DNA from: Candidatus Nomurabacteria bacterium RIFCSPLOWO2_01_FULL_36_10b
Lineage (GTDB): Bacteria > Patescibacteriota > Minisyncoccia > Phycocordibacterales > UBA1006
NCBI GenBank assembly: GCA_001785725.1
Contig: MFUQ01000003.1
Coordinates: 1-33,144, forward strand
Length of the DNA: 33,144 nucleotides
Direction of reading: 5' to 3'
Below the pieces are notes generated by a model. That model was not told the DNA's origin and searched no databases. It saw nothing but the letters and a program-made list of their open reading frames with translations. This document shows, piece after piece, positions 7,935 through 17,100 of this stretch (positions within the stretch are counted from its first letter, which is position 1; each line of letters opens with the position of its first letter). Both the position numbers and the translations under genes were made by a program.

Positions 7935-7953
7935 TTCTGCGCGAAGCGCAGAA
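7935..7953 (+). terminator. GC-rich triloop hairpin after tsf
   Basis: TTCTGCGC-gaa-GCGCAGAA, a perfect 8-bp stem 37 nt after the tsf stop, followed by AU-rich sequence. It lies inside the 5' part of track ORF 7923..8312, which argues for the later start at 7974. Confidence 0.5.
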
Positions 7954-7973
7954 ATACTAATATTTATTATCTT

Positions 7974-8312
7974 ATGTTAATTTTATTTATAATTTTTATA
8001 GGAAGTCTAGCAATAGTTGGAGTAATGATTGGGTGGAAGCTCGTAACTCTTCCAAAACACCCGTCTGAACAAGCCACGAACTTTCATTCTGCCCCATTTC
8101 TGTTTCGTCATCACGATGAACCAATAATTGACCTTATAACTCTGCAAAAAAATATATGGCGTTATGTATTTTATTATCTCCGTGAGATTTTAATTCTAAT
8201 TATTGTTTATCCACTTCTAGGCGTTGAACAACTCTCTCGTTTTTTATCAAAACACATTCACTACTTCATAGAGCAAACGTTGGGGTATCATCATACGCAT
8301 ATTAAGCATTAA
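7974..8312 (+). CDS. Hypothetical small membrane protein
   Basis: ATG at 7974 gives MLILFIIFIGSLAIVGVMIGWKL (TM1) and a second hydrophobic segment, ILILIIVYPLLGV. I recognise no family. A terminator follows. Confidence 0.4.
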   Translation: MLILFIIFIGSLAIVGVMIGWKLVTLPKHPSEQATNFHSAPFLFRHHDEPIIDLITLQKNIWRYVFYYLREILILIIVYPLLGVEQLSRFLSKHIHYFIEQTLGYHHTHIKH

Positions 8313-8323
8313 TGGTAAACAAC

Positions 8324-8365
8324 GAAACCCCACCCCGTTTGACGGGGCGAGGTTTCAAATTTTTA
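8324..8365 (+). terminator. Intrinsic terminator-like hairpin (family 2, copy a)
   Basis: GAAACCCCACCCCG-tttga-CGGGGCGAGGTTTC pairs at 12 of 14 positions and is followed by aaattttt. Its 5' arm AAACCCCACCCCGT is identical to 10404-10417. Confidence 0.65.
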
Positions 8366-8374
8366 GGGAAATGA

Positions 8375-8402
8375 TTGAAGATTTTTAAAAATAGTGTAAT
8401 AT
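8375..8402 (+). promoter_or_regulatory. Candidate sigma-70 promoter for tRNA-Thr (and tag)
   Basis: TTGAAG (8375-8380), a 16-nt spacer, then TAATAT (8397-8402). The -10 element ends 12 nt before the tRNA 5' end. Confidence 0.35.
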
Positions 8403-8414
8403 AAACGTGCATAT

Positions 8415-8487
8415 GCCACCTTAGCTCAGTTGGTAGAGCAACGGTTTTGTAAACCGTAGGTCCTCGGTTCAAGCCCGAGAGGTGGCT
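8415..8487 (+). tRNA. tRNA-Thr (anticodon UGU), 73 nt, CCA not encoded
   Basis: The cloverleaf was folded by hand. The acceptor GCCACCT pairs with AGGTGGC. The D arm is GCTC-agttggta-GAGC. The anticodon stem ACGGT/ACCGT carries the loop ttTGTaa. The variable loop is aggtc, the T arm is CTCGG-ttcaagc-CCGAG and the discriminator is T. The next bases are cag. Confidence 0.95.
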
Positions 8488-8508
8488 CAGCAATTAAAAC
8501 CCGATGTT

Positions 8509-9084
8509 ATGAATAAAAAAATGTACAACAAAAATCGCTGTCTGTGGGTTGACGATGACGAAAGAATGAAGATTTACCACGACACAGTTTGGGGAATCCC
8601 AAAGAAAAAAGATATGGACATTTTTGAGGCGATTGTTCTAGACACTCAACAAGCTGGTCTGTCTTGGAAATGCATTTTACATAAACGCAATAATTTTGCT
8701 AGGGCTTTTTGCAATTTCGATCCGAAAAAGATAGCTAAAATGACTAAGAAAGATGTTGCGAGACTGATGAAAGATAGTGGAATTATTCGTAATCGTCTAA
8801 AGATAGAAGCGACGATTGAAAACGCAAAAAGATTTCTTGAAATTCAAAAAGGATTTAAAACTTTTTCAAAATACATCTGGTCTTTCACTGGCGGAAAAAG
8901 TATTGTCGGCCATCCGAAAAACTTGAAAAATTATCGCTCTCACTCCACTGAATCTATATTAATGAGCAATGACCTTAAAAAACGCGGTTTTAAATTTGCC
9001 GGTCCAACTATTTGTTACGCTTTTATGCAAGGAATTGGAATGGTCAAAGACCACACGGTGAATTGTTGGAAGTATAAGAAATAA
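8509..9084 (+). CDS. tag: DNA-3-methyladenine glycosylase I
   Basis: ATG at 8509; the track GTG start at 8482 lies inside the tRNA. Motifs: CLWVDDDERMKIYHDTVWGIP, QAGLSWKCILHKR, IIRNRLKIEA, LKKRGFKFAGPTICYAFMQGIGMVKDH..C. This is the Tag family with its Zn-site Cys/His pattern. Confidence 0.9.
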   Translation: MNKKMYNKNRCLWVDDDERMKIYHDTVWGIPKKKDMDIFEAIVLDTQQAGLSWKCILHKRNNFARAFCNFDPKKIAKMTKKDVARLMKDSGIIRNRLKIEATIENAKRFLEIQKGFKTFSKYIWSFTGGKSIVGHPKNLKNYRSHSTESILMSNDLKKRGFKFAGPTICYAFMQGIGMVKDHTVNCWKYKK

Positions 9085-9122
9085 AAGTAAAATTTCTATA
9101 ATCAGAATTAAGTGCAAGTAAA

Positions 9123-10376
9123 TTAAGAATAATATTCTTCCTTTACTTTTCTCATAACAAAATATGAAATAAGAACAAGAACTCCCAGTGAACCGATCGC
9201 AAATCTATACTTTGTTTCTTCGCCAGCAAAAGCAAAAATAATAGTGGAAAAAGACCAAATCAATGGGCCAAGAATTGAAGCAAATCTTTCAAACAAAACA
9301 TACATACCAAAATATTTTGCTGGTTCATCTTTTGGAATAATTTTTGAATAGATTATCCTTGACAAGCTAAATAGTATTCCAAAAGCAAGCCCATTTAAAC
9401 CGATTATAATCGTCATTTGTGTTGGTGTAATCGCGAGAGCTAGAACAAAAAGTAATAGAGACCAAATAACAATTATTATACTGATGGCCCTTTTCAAATT
9501 GCCAATTTTTTTATGGAACCATGGCGTTAACAGCGCGCCAATTACTGCAGTAAGCAACCCAATAGAAAATGCGACGGTTCTTAATCCAGAATCCAAAAGC
9601 CCAACTTTATCAAGATATAGCGAAGCAAATAATTGAAGTGTTAGTATCGCATCGGCAAATAAATAATATGCTATTAAATACCAGAGAACATTTTTTTCTT
9701 TCTTGAGAATAGTAAATTGCGCAAATAACTCTTTGAAAGATCTTGGTAAAAAACTTACTTGCCTATCAATATGGTAATCTTCTTCCTTAAATTTCTTATT
9801 GAAAATAAAGAAAAATATCAAAAACAAAATCGCGCCAAAACAAAAAGCTAACGGGATTTTACTTAATCCAAGAATGTTTAGGTCTGAACCAACTATGAAA
9901 AAAGCTATAGCTAACCCAACTATATTACCAAGTTGCCCTATCGCAAGGCCGAGACTAGCAACAAAATCACGTGAATGTCTTTGCGAAAGACTCTGCAAAA
10001 AAGGAAGGTAGAAGGCCATTGCAATTTGATAAAAATATTGAAAGAGAAAATAGAAAATTATGACAAAAATAAATAGATTAGAATTCAATATAATTTTTGA
10101 CGCAAAAATTCCTAGCAGTATCAAAGCACAAATGGCTAATATCGTTGTAGTGTATAAAGCTGGTTTATATCTTTTTACTTTATCTATAACTGATCCTAGA
10201 AATGGCAGTGTCGCAAGTAATAGAAATGTTGTTATAGCGACAGGAACACTTACCCAAACATCACTTTTACCCAATTGACTAACAACAAACAATGAAAAAT
10301 AGAAAGAAACAATTATAGATGCTAATGAATTAGCAAAATCATATAAACTCCATATCCAAGGATTTGATTTTTCCAT
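9123..10376 (-). CDS. MFS transporter, UMF1/Atg22-like family
   Basis: The 417-aa ORF has about 12 hydrophobic segments. The N-terminal WSLYDFANSLASIIVSFYF is characteristic of the UMF1 family (YDFANS motif). Confidence 0.75.
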   Translation of the reverse strand: MEKSNPWIWSLYDFANSLASIIVSFYFSLFVVSQLGKSDVWVSVPVAITTFLLLATLPFLGSVIDKVKRYKPALYTTTILAICALILLGIFASKIILNSNLFIFVIIFYFLFQYFYQIAMAFYLPFLQSLSQRHSRDFVASLGLAIGQLGNIVGLAIAFFIVGSDLNILGLSKIPLAFCFGAILFLIFFFIFNKKFKEEDYHIDRQVSFLPRSFKELFAQFTILKKEKNVLWYLIAYYLFADAILTLQLFASLYLDKVGLLDSGLRTVAFSIGLLTAVIGALLTPWFHKKIGNLKRAISIIIVIWSLLLFVLALAITPTQMTIIIGLNGLAFGILFSLSRIIYSKIIPKDEPAKYFGMYVLFERFASILGPLIWSFSTIIFAFAGEETKYRFAIGSLGVLVLISYFVMRKVKEEYYS

Positions 10377-10402
10377 AAAGAGTTATTTTAGCACAGCATT
10401 TT

Positions 10403-10450
10403 AAAAAACACTAAAACCCCACCCCGTCAGACGGAGTAGGGCTTTAAATG
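10403..10450 (-). terminator. Intrinsic terminator-like hairpin downstream of the DUF378 gene (family 2, copy b)
   Basis: AAAACCCCACCCCGT-cag-ACGGAGTAGGGCTTT is an imperfect hairpin. On the minus strand it is followed by ttttagtgtttttt, and on the plus strand by aaatgttttt. Confidence 0.55.
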
Positions 10451-10472
10451 TTTTTAAATAAAGTGCTATTTG

Positions 10473-10796
10473 TTACATTGAACTTCCCCCCATAGAAGCG
10501 CTTGAACTTGCGCTACTAGATGGGGAACTTGCTTGCGTATTTGGATGGCATTCTTTGCATCCAGATTGACCGCAATGGCAACCACCTGCACTACCAGATT
10601 TCATATCAACAAGCATCCATAACGCACTAACGCCAACAAGGATATATATTATGCGAGTAACAACGCCCATATCACCAAATATCGTGGCAATAATATCAAA
10701 ATTAAAAATGCCTACCAATCCCCAGTTGAGAGCGCCGATAATAATAAGTATCCATGCTATCAACATAGGAATGTTTTTCTTTCCTGTTTTCATCAT
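10473..10796 (-). CDS. DUF378-family small membrane protein with a Cys/His- and Ser-rich C-terminal tail
   Basis: ATG at 10796 or 10793. IAWILIIIGALNWGLVGIFNFDIIATIFGDMGVVTRIIYILVGVSALW is the DUF378 signature (GALNWGLVG). The tail is SGSAGGCHCGQSGCKECHPNTQASSPSSSASSSASMGGSSM. Confidence 0.75.
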   Translation of the reverse strand: MMKTGKKNIPMLIAWILIIIGALNWGLVGIFNFDIIATIFGDMGVVTRIIYILVGVSALWMLVDMKSGSAGGCHCGQSGCKECHPNTQASSPSSSASSSASMGGSSM

Positions 10797-10937
10797 ATTT
10801 AATAACGTGTATGTACACAAAACTACATATTCACTAGAACTTTCTCTCATTTTAAGAGAAATAGCAGAGAATATATAATGCGACATACGCCATAGACTAG
10901 ATTATTAATGTTCTAACTTATGTAGTATACCACAAAA

Positions 10938-12230
10938 TCAGTAGTCAAGTAACTTCTTTACTTTCTCATTATTACGTATTTTATCATGCACTTTTGCCTC
11001 AATTTGACGTATACGCTCGCGAGTAACACCAAATTTGCTTCCAACTTGTTCAAGTGTATGATTAACACCATTATACATACCAAGACCATAACGCATTTCA
11101 ATAATGCAACGCTCTTTTTCGGGTAAATCAGAAAGAATTTCTTCAATCTGGTCATGAAGAATGCGTTTAGAAACATCAACAGTCGGTGGCGCTACTTGGT
11201 CGTCAGCAATAAAATCACTACGAGCCGACTTTTCGTCGCTATCATCTGATAATGGCTCTTCCAGCGACAATGTGGATTGATTAATTTTTTCAATCATGTA
11301 AATTTTCTCAACTTCAATTTCCATCTCTGCGGCTATTTCTTCAGGCAGTGGTTTGCGACCAAGATCTTGAGAAAGGCGACGATAAACCTGTTTGTACTTT
11401 GAAATTGTTTCAACCATGTGCACAGGAATACGAATCGTACGCGATTGATCAGCTAGTGCGCGAGTGATTGATTGGCGAATCCACCACATTGCATATGTTG
11501 AAAATTTATATCCTTTTGTCCAGTCAAACTTATTAACTGCCTTGAACAAGCCAAGATTCCCTTCTTGTATAAGGTCAAGGAGCGTTAAGTCGGGAGTACG
11601 GCCAACATATTTCTTTGCGACAGACACAACAAGACGCAAGTTCGCATTTGCTAGAAGATTTTCTGCTTCTTTGTCGCCCGCTTCAATGCGTTGAGCAAGC
11701 TCTCTTTCTTCTGCCGCTTTTATAAGTGGGTATCTACCAATTTCTTTTAGATACATCTGAATTGAGTCATATGGACTTGATGATAACTCTATTTCTTTTA
11801 AATTAATGAGTTCCTCATTACTTCCTAAATCAGATATTTTTGAAAGGTCTAAAAGATCAGCTCCTTCTGATATTTCAACTCCGGCATCCTCTAATGCTCT
11901 ATATACCTCATCCAAAAACATTATGTCATTCTCAATATCAGGAAATGCTTTTAGCATTTCGTCGTATGTGATGAAATGACGTTTTTTGCCTTTTTCAATA
12001 AGTTGATTGAGAACTACATCACGACTAATCGGTTTTTCTGTCTTCTTTATTTTACTTGAAGAACGTGGCAAAACTTTTATATGGGATTGTCGCTTTGAAG
12101 ATGACGCTTGTTTTTTGGTCATTTTCCAACCCTTTTTATTTCGAGCAGATAGCTTGCTCGTAGCACGTTTCAACACATATGTTGATTTTTTTGACTTTTT
12201 TGGTTTTTGCTTGTACGCTTTTTTTCGCAT
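10938..12230 (-). CDS. rpoD: Primary RNA polymerase sigma factor (sigma-70/RpoD) with a basic N-terminal extension
   Basis: Region 1.1-like [16 protein letters not shown]. Region 1.2 [16 protein letters not shown]. Region 2 [53 protein letters not shown]. Region 3 IRIPVHMVE. Region 4 [20 protein letters not shown]. The start could be the ATG at 12230 or at 12122. Confidence 0.95.
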   Translation of the reverse strand: MRKKAYKQKPKKSKKSTYVLKRATSKLSARNKKGWKMTKKQASSSKRQSHIKVLPRSSSKIKKTEKPISRDVVLNQLIEKGKKRHFITYDEMLKAFPDIENDIMFLDEVYRALEDAGVEISEGADLLDLSKISDLGSNEELINLKEIELSSSPYDSIQMYLKEIGRYPLIKAAEERELAQRIEAGDKEAENLLANANLRLVVSVAKKYVGRTPDLTLLDLIQEGNLGLFKAVNKFDWTKGYKFSTYAMWWIRQSITRALADQSRTIRIPVHMVETISKYKQVYRRLSQDLGRKPLPEEIAAEMEIEVEKIYMIEKINQSTLSLEEPLSDDSDEKSARSDFIADDQVAPPTVDVSKRILHDQIEEILSDLPEKERCIIEMRYGLGMYNGVNHTLEQVGSKFGVTRERIRQIEAKVHDKIRNNEKVKKLLDY

Positions 12231-12296
12231 GTACTTTTGTAGTATAACAGAAATTAATGTCAGTGTCTGCCTACAGCAGATGGCCTAATAATATAT

Positions 12297-14108
12297 TTAT
12301 AAATACTCTTGATTGATTTCCTTTTTTATATCATCAAGAGAACGCGTTAATGATTCAAGTTCTGCAACAAGTAATAAATATTCCGGAGAATTTTTGTCAC
12401 AACTCATTAAATTATGTCGTATATCTGCGCGTTTCTTTTCTATCATATCTTTTTCGTAAAGAAATAGTGCGCCATTAAGTAATTGCTTTTGATTCTTTTC
12501 ATCTTGTTTTTCAAGACGTATACCCATACGTGTGATTAAAACATCTGTTAATCCTCCAAGCTCATTAATGCATATTTGATATGGAGTTATGCCGACAGGA
12601 CGAGATTCTTTTTCAGAAGAAGAAATATATTTATCATATATCACATTAAATTTCTCATGATACGGTGATTGGTCTTTTTCTGGATATAATGACTTTATAT
12701 ATTCAATTATTCCTATTATCATATCGCGAGGCGATATATTATCTTGCGTTATTTTTATGTCGTCATCAGATTTTGATTCCACTTGCTTCGCAAGTGGTGA
12801 AGTAATTCTTGTTGTATGTTTCTGACTTGCCATCCAACGCTCATATTCAGTACGCACGCCTGATACTTCAACGCCCAAGATATCAGAACATTTTTGTAAG
12901 TAACGGTCACGATACACAGCATTCGGAACCATTTCTATAAATGGGAAAATATGTGAACGAATTGCTCCATATTTTTCCTGAATACGCTTATCTACATTTT
13001 CTATACGAATTAAATCAAGACGAACTTCTATATAATCACAAGCATTAGTAAGAGCATTATGCCATTCATCTGGATTGCTAGCGATAACATCTGCTGGATC
13101 TTTTCCAGAAGACATTAGGGCAACACGCATATCAAGTTCTTTTTCATACCCAACCATAACACTACGTTCTGTTGCTGTGATGCCAGCATCATCATGGTCA
13201 AGAGCAAGAATTACATTGTCAGTAAAACGCTTTATTAGCTTGCAATGTTCTGGTGTAAGAGCAGTGCCAGATAATGCGACTGCTTCAATTGTACCAACTT
13301 GATGAGCCATAAGTAAATCAATTTGCCCTTCAACAATAATAACGCGAGATTGCGACAACATGGCGCGTTTAGCGCGGTCATACCCGAATAAAATATTTGA
13401 TTTGTTATATAACTTGCCTTCCGGACTATTTATATACTTCCCTGTTTTTGCTGTATCTGTCTTTGACACTGATAACGGAAATATTCTTCCGGAAAAAGCA
13501 ACCGTACGTCCTTGTGTGTCATTTATAGGAAACATTATTCTTTCTCGGAAACGGTCATAATATTTTCCTTCTCCTTTAGCACATATTCCTGCCATTTCAA
13601 TGTCGCGGTCATTATATCCTTTTTCTTTTAGAACACGATATACTGTATCACCGCCAGCTGTAGCATATCCAACATGAAAATTTGTAAGTGTTTCTTTTGT
13701 TATGCCACGACTAAGCAAATACTCAACAACTTCTGGTGTTTGACGCAGATTTACTTCATATAATCGTCTTACAAAATCTAAAATATCATATAAAACGTTA
13801 GCTGGATATTCAGAATTAAATTCTTTAGTAAGAGAAATGCCCGCTTTACTTGCTAAGAGTTTTAACGCACCAAAAAAATCCAAACCTTCTATTTCTTCAA
13901 CAAATGAAAAAATATCTCCGCCTTTCCCGCATCCAAAACATTTATATATACCAATATCTGGAGTTACATAGAATGATGGTGTTTTTTCATTATGAAATGG
14001 ACACCGGGCACGATAATTTTTACCAGCTCTTTCAAGCTTAATATATGACCCAACGACCTCTTCTATAGGAAGAGATTCTTTGATGTTGTTTACTGTATCA
14101 GATGACAT
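12297..14108 (-). CDS. dnaG: DNA primase
   Basis: Zinc ribbon CPFHNEKTPSFYV...YKCFGCGKGGD. RNAP-like domain RIMFPI.D..GR.VAFSGR. TOPRIM motifs VIIVEGQIDLL and ILALDHDDAG. ATG at 14108; the codon at 14111 is a TTG. It starts 5 nt after the rpoC stop. Confidence 0.93.
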   Translation of the reverse strand: MSSDTVNNIKESLPIEEVVGSYIKLERAGKNYRARCPFHNEKTPSFYVTPDIGIYKCFGCGKGGDIFSFVEEIEGLDFFGALKLLASKAGISLTKEFNSEYPANVLYDILDFVRRLYEVNLRQTPEVVEYLLSRGITKETLTNFHVGYATAGGDTVYRVLKEKGYNDRDIEMAGICAKGEGKYYDRFRERIMFPINDTQGRTVAFSGRIFPLSVSKTDTAKTGKYINSPEGKLYNKSNILFGYDRAKRAMLSQSRVIIVEGQIDLLMAHQVGTIEAVALSGTALTPEHCKLIKRFTDNVILALDHDDAGITATERSVMVGYEKELDMRVALMSSGKDPADVIASNPDEWHNALTNACDYIEVRLDLIRIENVDKRIQEKYGAIRSHIFPFIEMVPNAVYRDRYLQKCSDILGVEVSGVRTEYERWMASQKHTTRITSPLAKQVESKSDDDIKITQDNISPRDMIIGIIEYIKSLYPEKDQSPYHEKFNVIYDKYISSSEKESRPVGITPYQICINELGGLTDVLITRMGIRLEKQDEKNQKQLLNGALFLYEKDMIEKKRADIRHNLMSCDKNSPEYLLLVAELESLTRSLDDIKKEINQEYL

Positions 14109-14113
14109 CAATA

Positions 14114-17100
14114 TTATTCTATCACATCACTAGATTCTGCTGTTGTTGTGCGAATACCAGTCATATCAACAAAGTTCGCGTCAAACCCAGTGCCAGCAGG
14201 TATTAATCCACCTATGATTACATTTTCCTTTAGGCCTCGCAAAGTATCTACCCTTCCTTGAATAGCGGCAGTAATAAGAACACGATTTGTATGCTGGAAT
14301 GATGCTGATGATAACCAACTCGTAGTTGAAAGTGCTACATCAGAAATTCCCATAAGCATTATTTCCGCTTTGGCTGAGAGTTTGCCTTCTTTTTCAAGAC
14401 GAGTATTATTTTCAGCAAGAACTGAATTTTCCACTATTTCTCCTGTGCTAAACAGAGAGTCGCCTGGCTCTGTTACTTTTCTACGAGAAAACATCTGACG
14501 GATAATAAGATCCAAGTGTTTCCTATCAACAGGAGTGCCATGCAATTCATAAACTTTAGCAACTTCATTTACAATGTACGACTCTGTAATTTTCTTCCCA
14601 GCTACACGGAATAATTCTAATGTGTCAATTGAACCATCAGTCAATGTTTGGCCAGCAGTAACTTCTTGGCCTTTCTTTATAATTGGAACACGCCTAGCAT
14701 CAACAACATAGTCAACAGATTTTGAACTAGATGCTGATTTACCAGAAGCGTCCGCTGTTAAAGTAATTACAAACTTACCATCAACTTTCTTCAAGTCAGT
14801 AATCATACCATTATCATGAGCTATAACAGCAGGAACTTTCGGTATACGACGTTCAAATATTTCTTCAACACGAGGCAAACCTTGTGTAATATCGCGTCCA
14901 GTAACACCACCGCTATGGAATGTACGAAGAGTAAGCTGTGTCCCCGGTTCGCCAATAGCTTGTGAAGCAACTGTTCCCACGGCCTCTCCAAGACGAACTA
15001 AACCATTACGTCCAAGATCCATACCATAACAGTGACGACACAATCCATGGAACATAGAACACGTAAGTGGAGAACGCACGGAACATGATTTTATGCCAGA
15101 TGTTTCAATTTCACTCGCAAGTTCCTTTGTTATAAGAGTATTACGTTTTGCAATTACATTTTTAGAATTATCAACTATATCTTCCGATACAACACGACCA
15201 TATATAAGGTCAGACAATGACCGTTCAATACCATCAACGTTTTGAGAAGAGATAAGAATGCCATCCTTTGTCCCACAATCCTCACTCATAATAACCACAT
15301 CTTGCGCAACATCATGTAAACGTCGTGTTAGGTAACCAGCTTTCGCTGTATTAAGCGCTGTGTCAGTAAGACCTTTACGCGCGGTTGTTGTGTTAATGAA
15401 ATATTCAAGAGGAGTTAATCCTTCCTTGTATGATGAGATAATTGGAAAATCTAGCTCCTGACCTTTAGCGTTAACAATAACGCCTTTCATACCAGAACTT
15501 TGGTTTAGCTGGCTTAGTGTACCTCTTGCACCAGACACAAGCATGTCATTAATTGATTGTATATTTGGGACTTCTTTTTCTAATATACTCTGAATTTTGC
15601 GTGTTATATCAGACCATACTTCAATAGTCATGCGATATCGTTCTTGGTCAGATATAAGACCTTCAGAAAACTGGTCATTTATTATATCAACACGTTTCTT
15701 TGCGTCTATAACAAGAGCTTTTTTCTCTTTTGGAACAGTTGGTTCATCAATACCAAAAGTGGTACCTGATAATGTAGCATATTGATTACCAAATGCTTTT
15801 ATGCGATCCAACATTGGAGGAGTAGCATCAATACCATATTGATTAATAACTTTCTGTATCGTTTTATTAAGAATTTTTTTTGTGACAGAACCATCAACAA
15901 ATGGGAAATCATCGGGAAAAATACTATTAAATAGTAGACGGCCAACCGTTGTTGGGAATAACTCTCCTTTAAACGCGAAATATTTAGGAGTATTGCTTCC
16001 ACGAACCATAATCTTAGCGCGAAAATTAATCATACCAAAATCATATGAAGTAATTGCCTCATTCACACTACCAAATATACGTCCTTCGCCTAGAGATCCT
16101 TCAACAACAGACGTCATCCAATAACAACCTAGAACAATATCTTGAGATGGTGTCGTAACTGGTTCACCTGTTTGAGGACGTAATAGATTTTTATTTGCCG
16201 CGATAAGTTCACGCGCTTCACGTTGTGCTTGGTCAGAAAGAGGGACATGGACGGCCATTTGGTCACCGTCAAAGTCGGCATTGAATGCTGAACATACTAG
16301 CGGGTGAATCTGAATAGCCTTGCCTTCTATTAGAACAGGGTTAAATGCTTGAATTGATAATCTGTGGAGTGTCGGAGCGCGGTTTAAAAGAACATATTTG
16401 CCTTTTATAACTTCTTCTAAAATTTCCCACACAATAGGGTCTGTATCTTCAACTAATTTACCTGCGCCACGAATATTAAATGCAAGTTCGCGTTTAATAA
16501 TTTCTGACATTACAAATGGTTTAAAAAGTTCCAGAGCCATATATTTTGGTAAACCACATTCGTTAAGTTTAAGATTTGGCCCAACAACAATTACGGAACG
16601 TCCAGAGTAATCAACACGTTTACCTAAAAGATTTGACCTGAAAAGTCCCTGCTTCCCTTTCAAATTATCAGCAAGAGATTTTAGCTGTCTTCGTTGCGCT
16701 TGGCTCATTGCGGCACTTCCTGATGTTTTTCTAATTGTATTGTCAATCAATGAGTCAACCGCTTCTTGTAATATACGTTTTTCATTACGAAGAATTACAT
16801 CAGGAGCTCCTATTTCTTTAAGCTTTTTTAAACGATTATTACGATTGATAACACGACGATACAAATCATTTACATCAGATGTCGCATGACGTCCGCCTTC
16901 AAGAGCAACCATTGGTCGCAACGCTGGAGGAATAATAGGAATTACAGTTAAGAACATCCATTCCGGACGCACGCCAGATCTTAACATTGAACGAACGAGG
17001 ATTAGGCGTTTTTCAATTTTATCACGAGTTGCTTTTTCTGTTTTCTCAAGCTCATGTTCAAGTTCTGCCTGGACTTGCTCCAAATTCATTGATTTAAATA

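Noticed and set aside
8302-8493. 63-aa minus-strand ORF
   Set aside because: It is entirely antisense to tRNA-Thr, its promoter region and the upstream terminator hairpin, so it is an artefact of those structured sequences.
10484-10527. The palindrome in the DUF378 tail as a fourth family 1 repeat copy
   Set aside because: It lacks the CCCCTC head, the CGC-triloop-GCG core and the CTCCCCT/AGGGGAG hairpin. The self-complementarity can be explained by low-complexity Ser/Ala codons (AGC/GCT/TCT). I report it only as a feature of the tail.
804-13560. Other short shadow ORFs within or antisense to the secreted-protein gene, tgt, mreC, mreB, proS, the toxin gene, rpsB, the MFS gene, the DUF378 gene, rpoD and dnaG (e.g. 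804..1097, 1730..1969, 2004..2189, 2603..2914, 3230..3472, 3630..3899, 4311..4511, 6131..6472, 6771..7040, 7059..7349, 9799..10011, 10060..10278, 10651..10878, 10958..11179, 11464..11694, 12007..12288, 13075..13302, 13360..13560)
   Set aside because: Each overlaps a confidently identified gene on the opposite strand or in another frame, and each has a Ser/Ile/Phe/Arg-rich composition typical of antisense translation.
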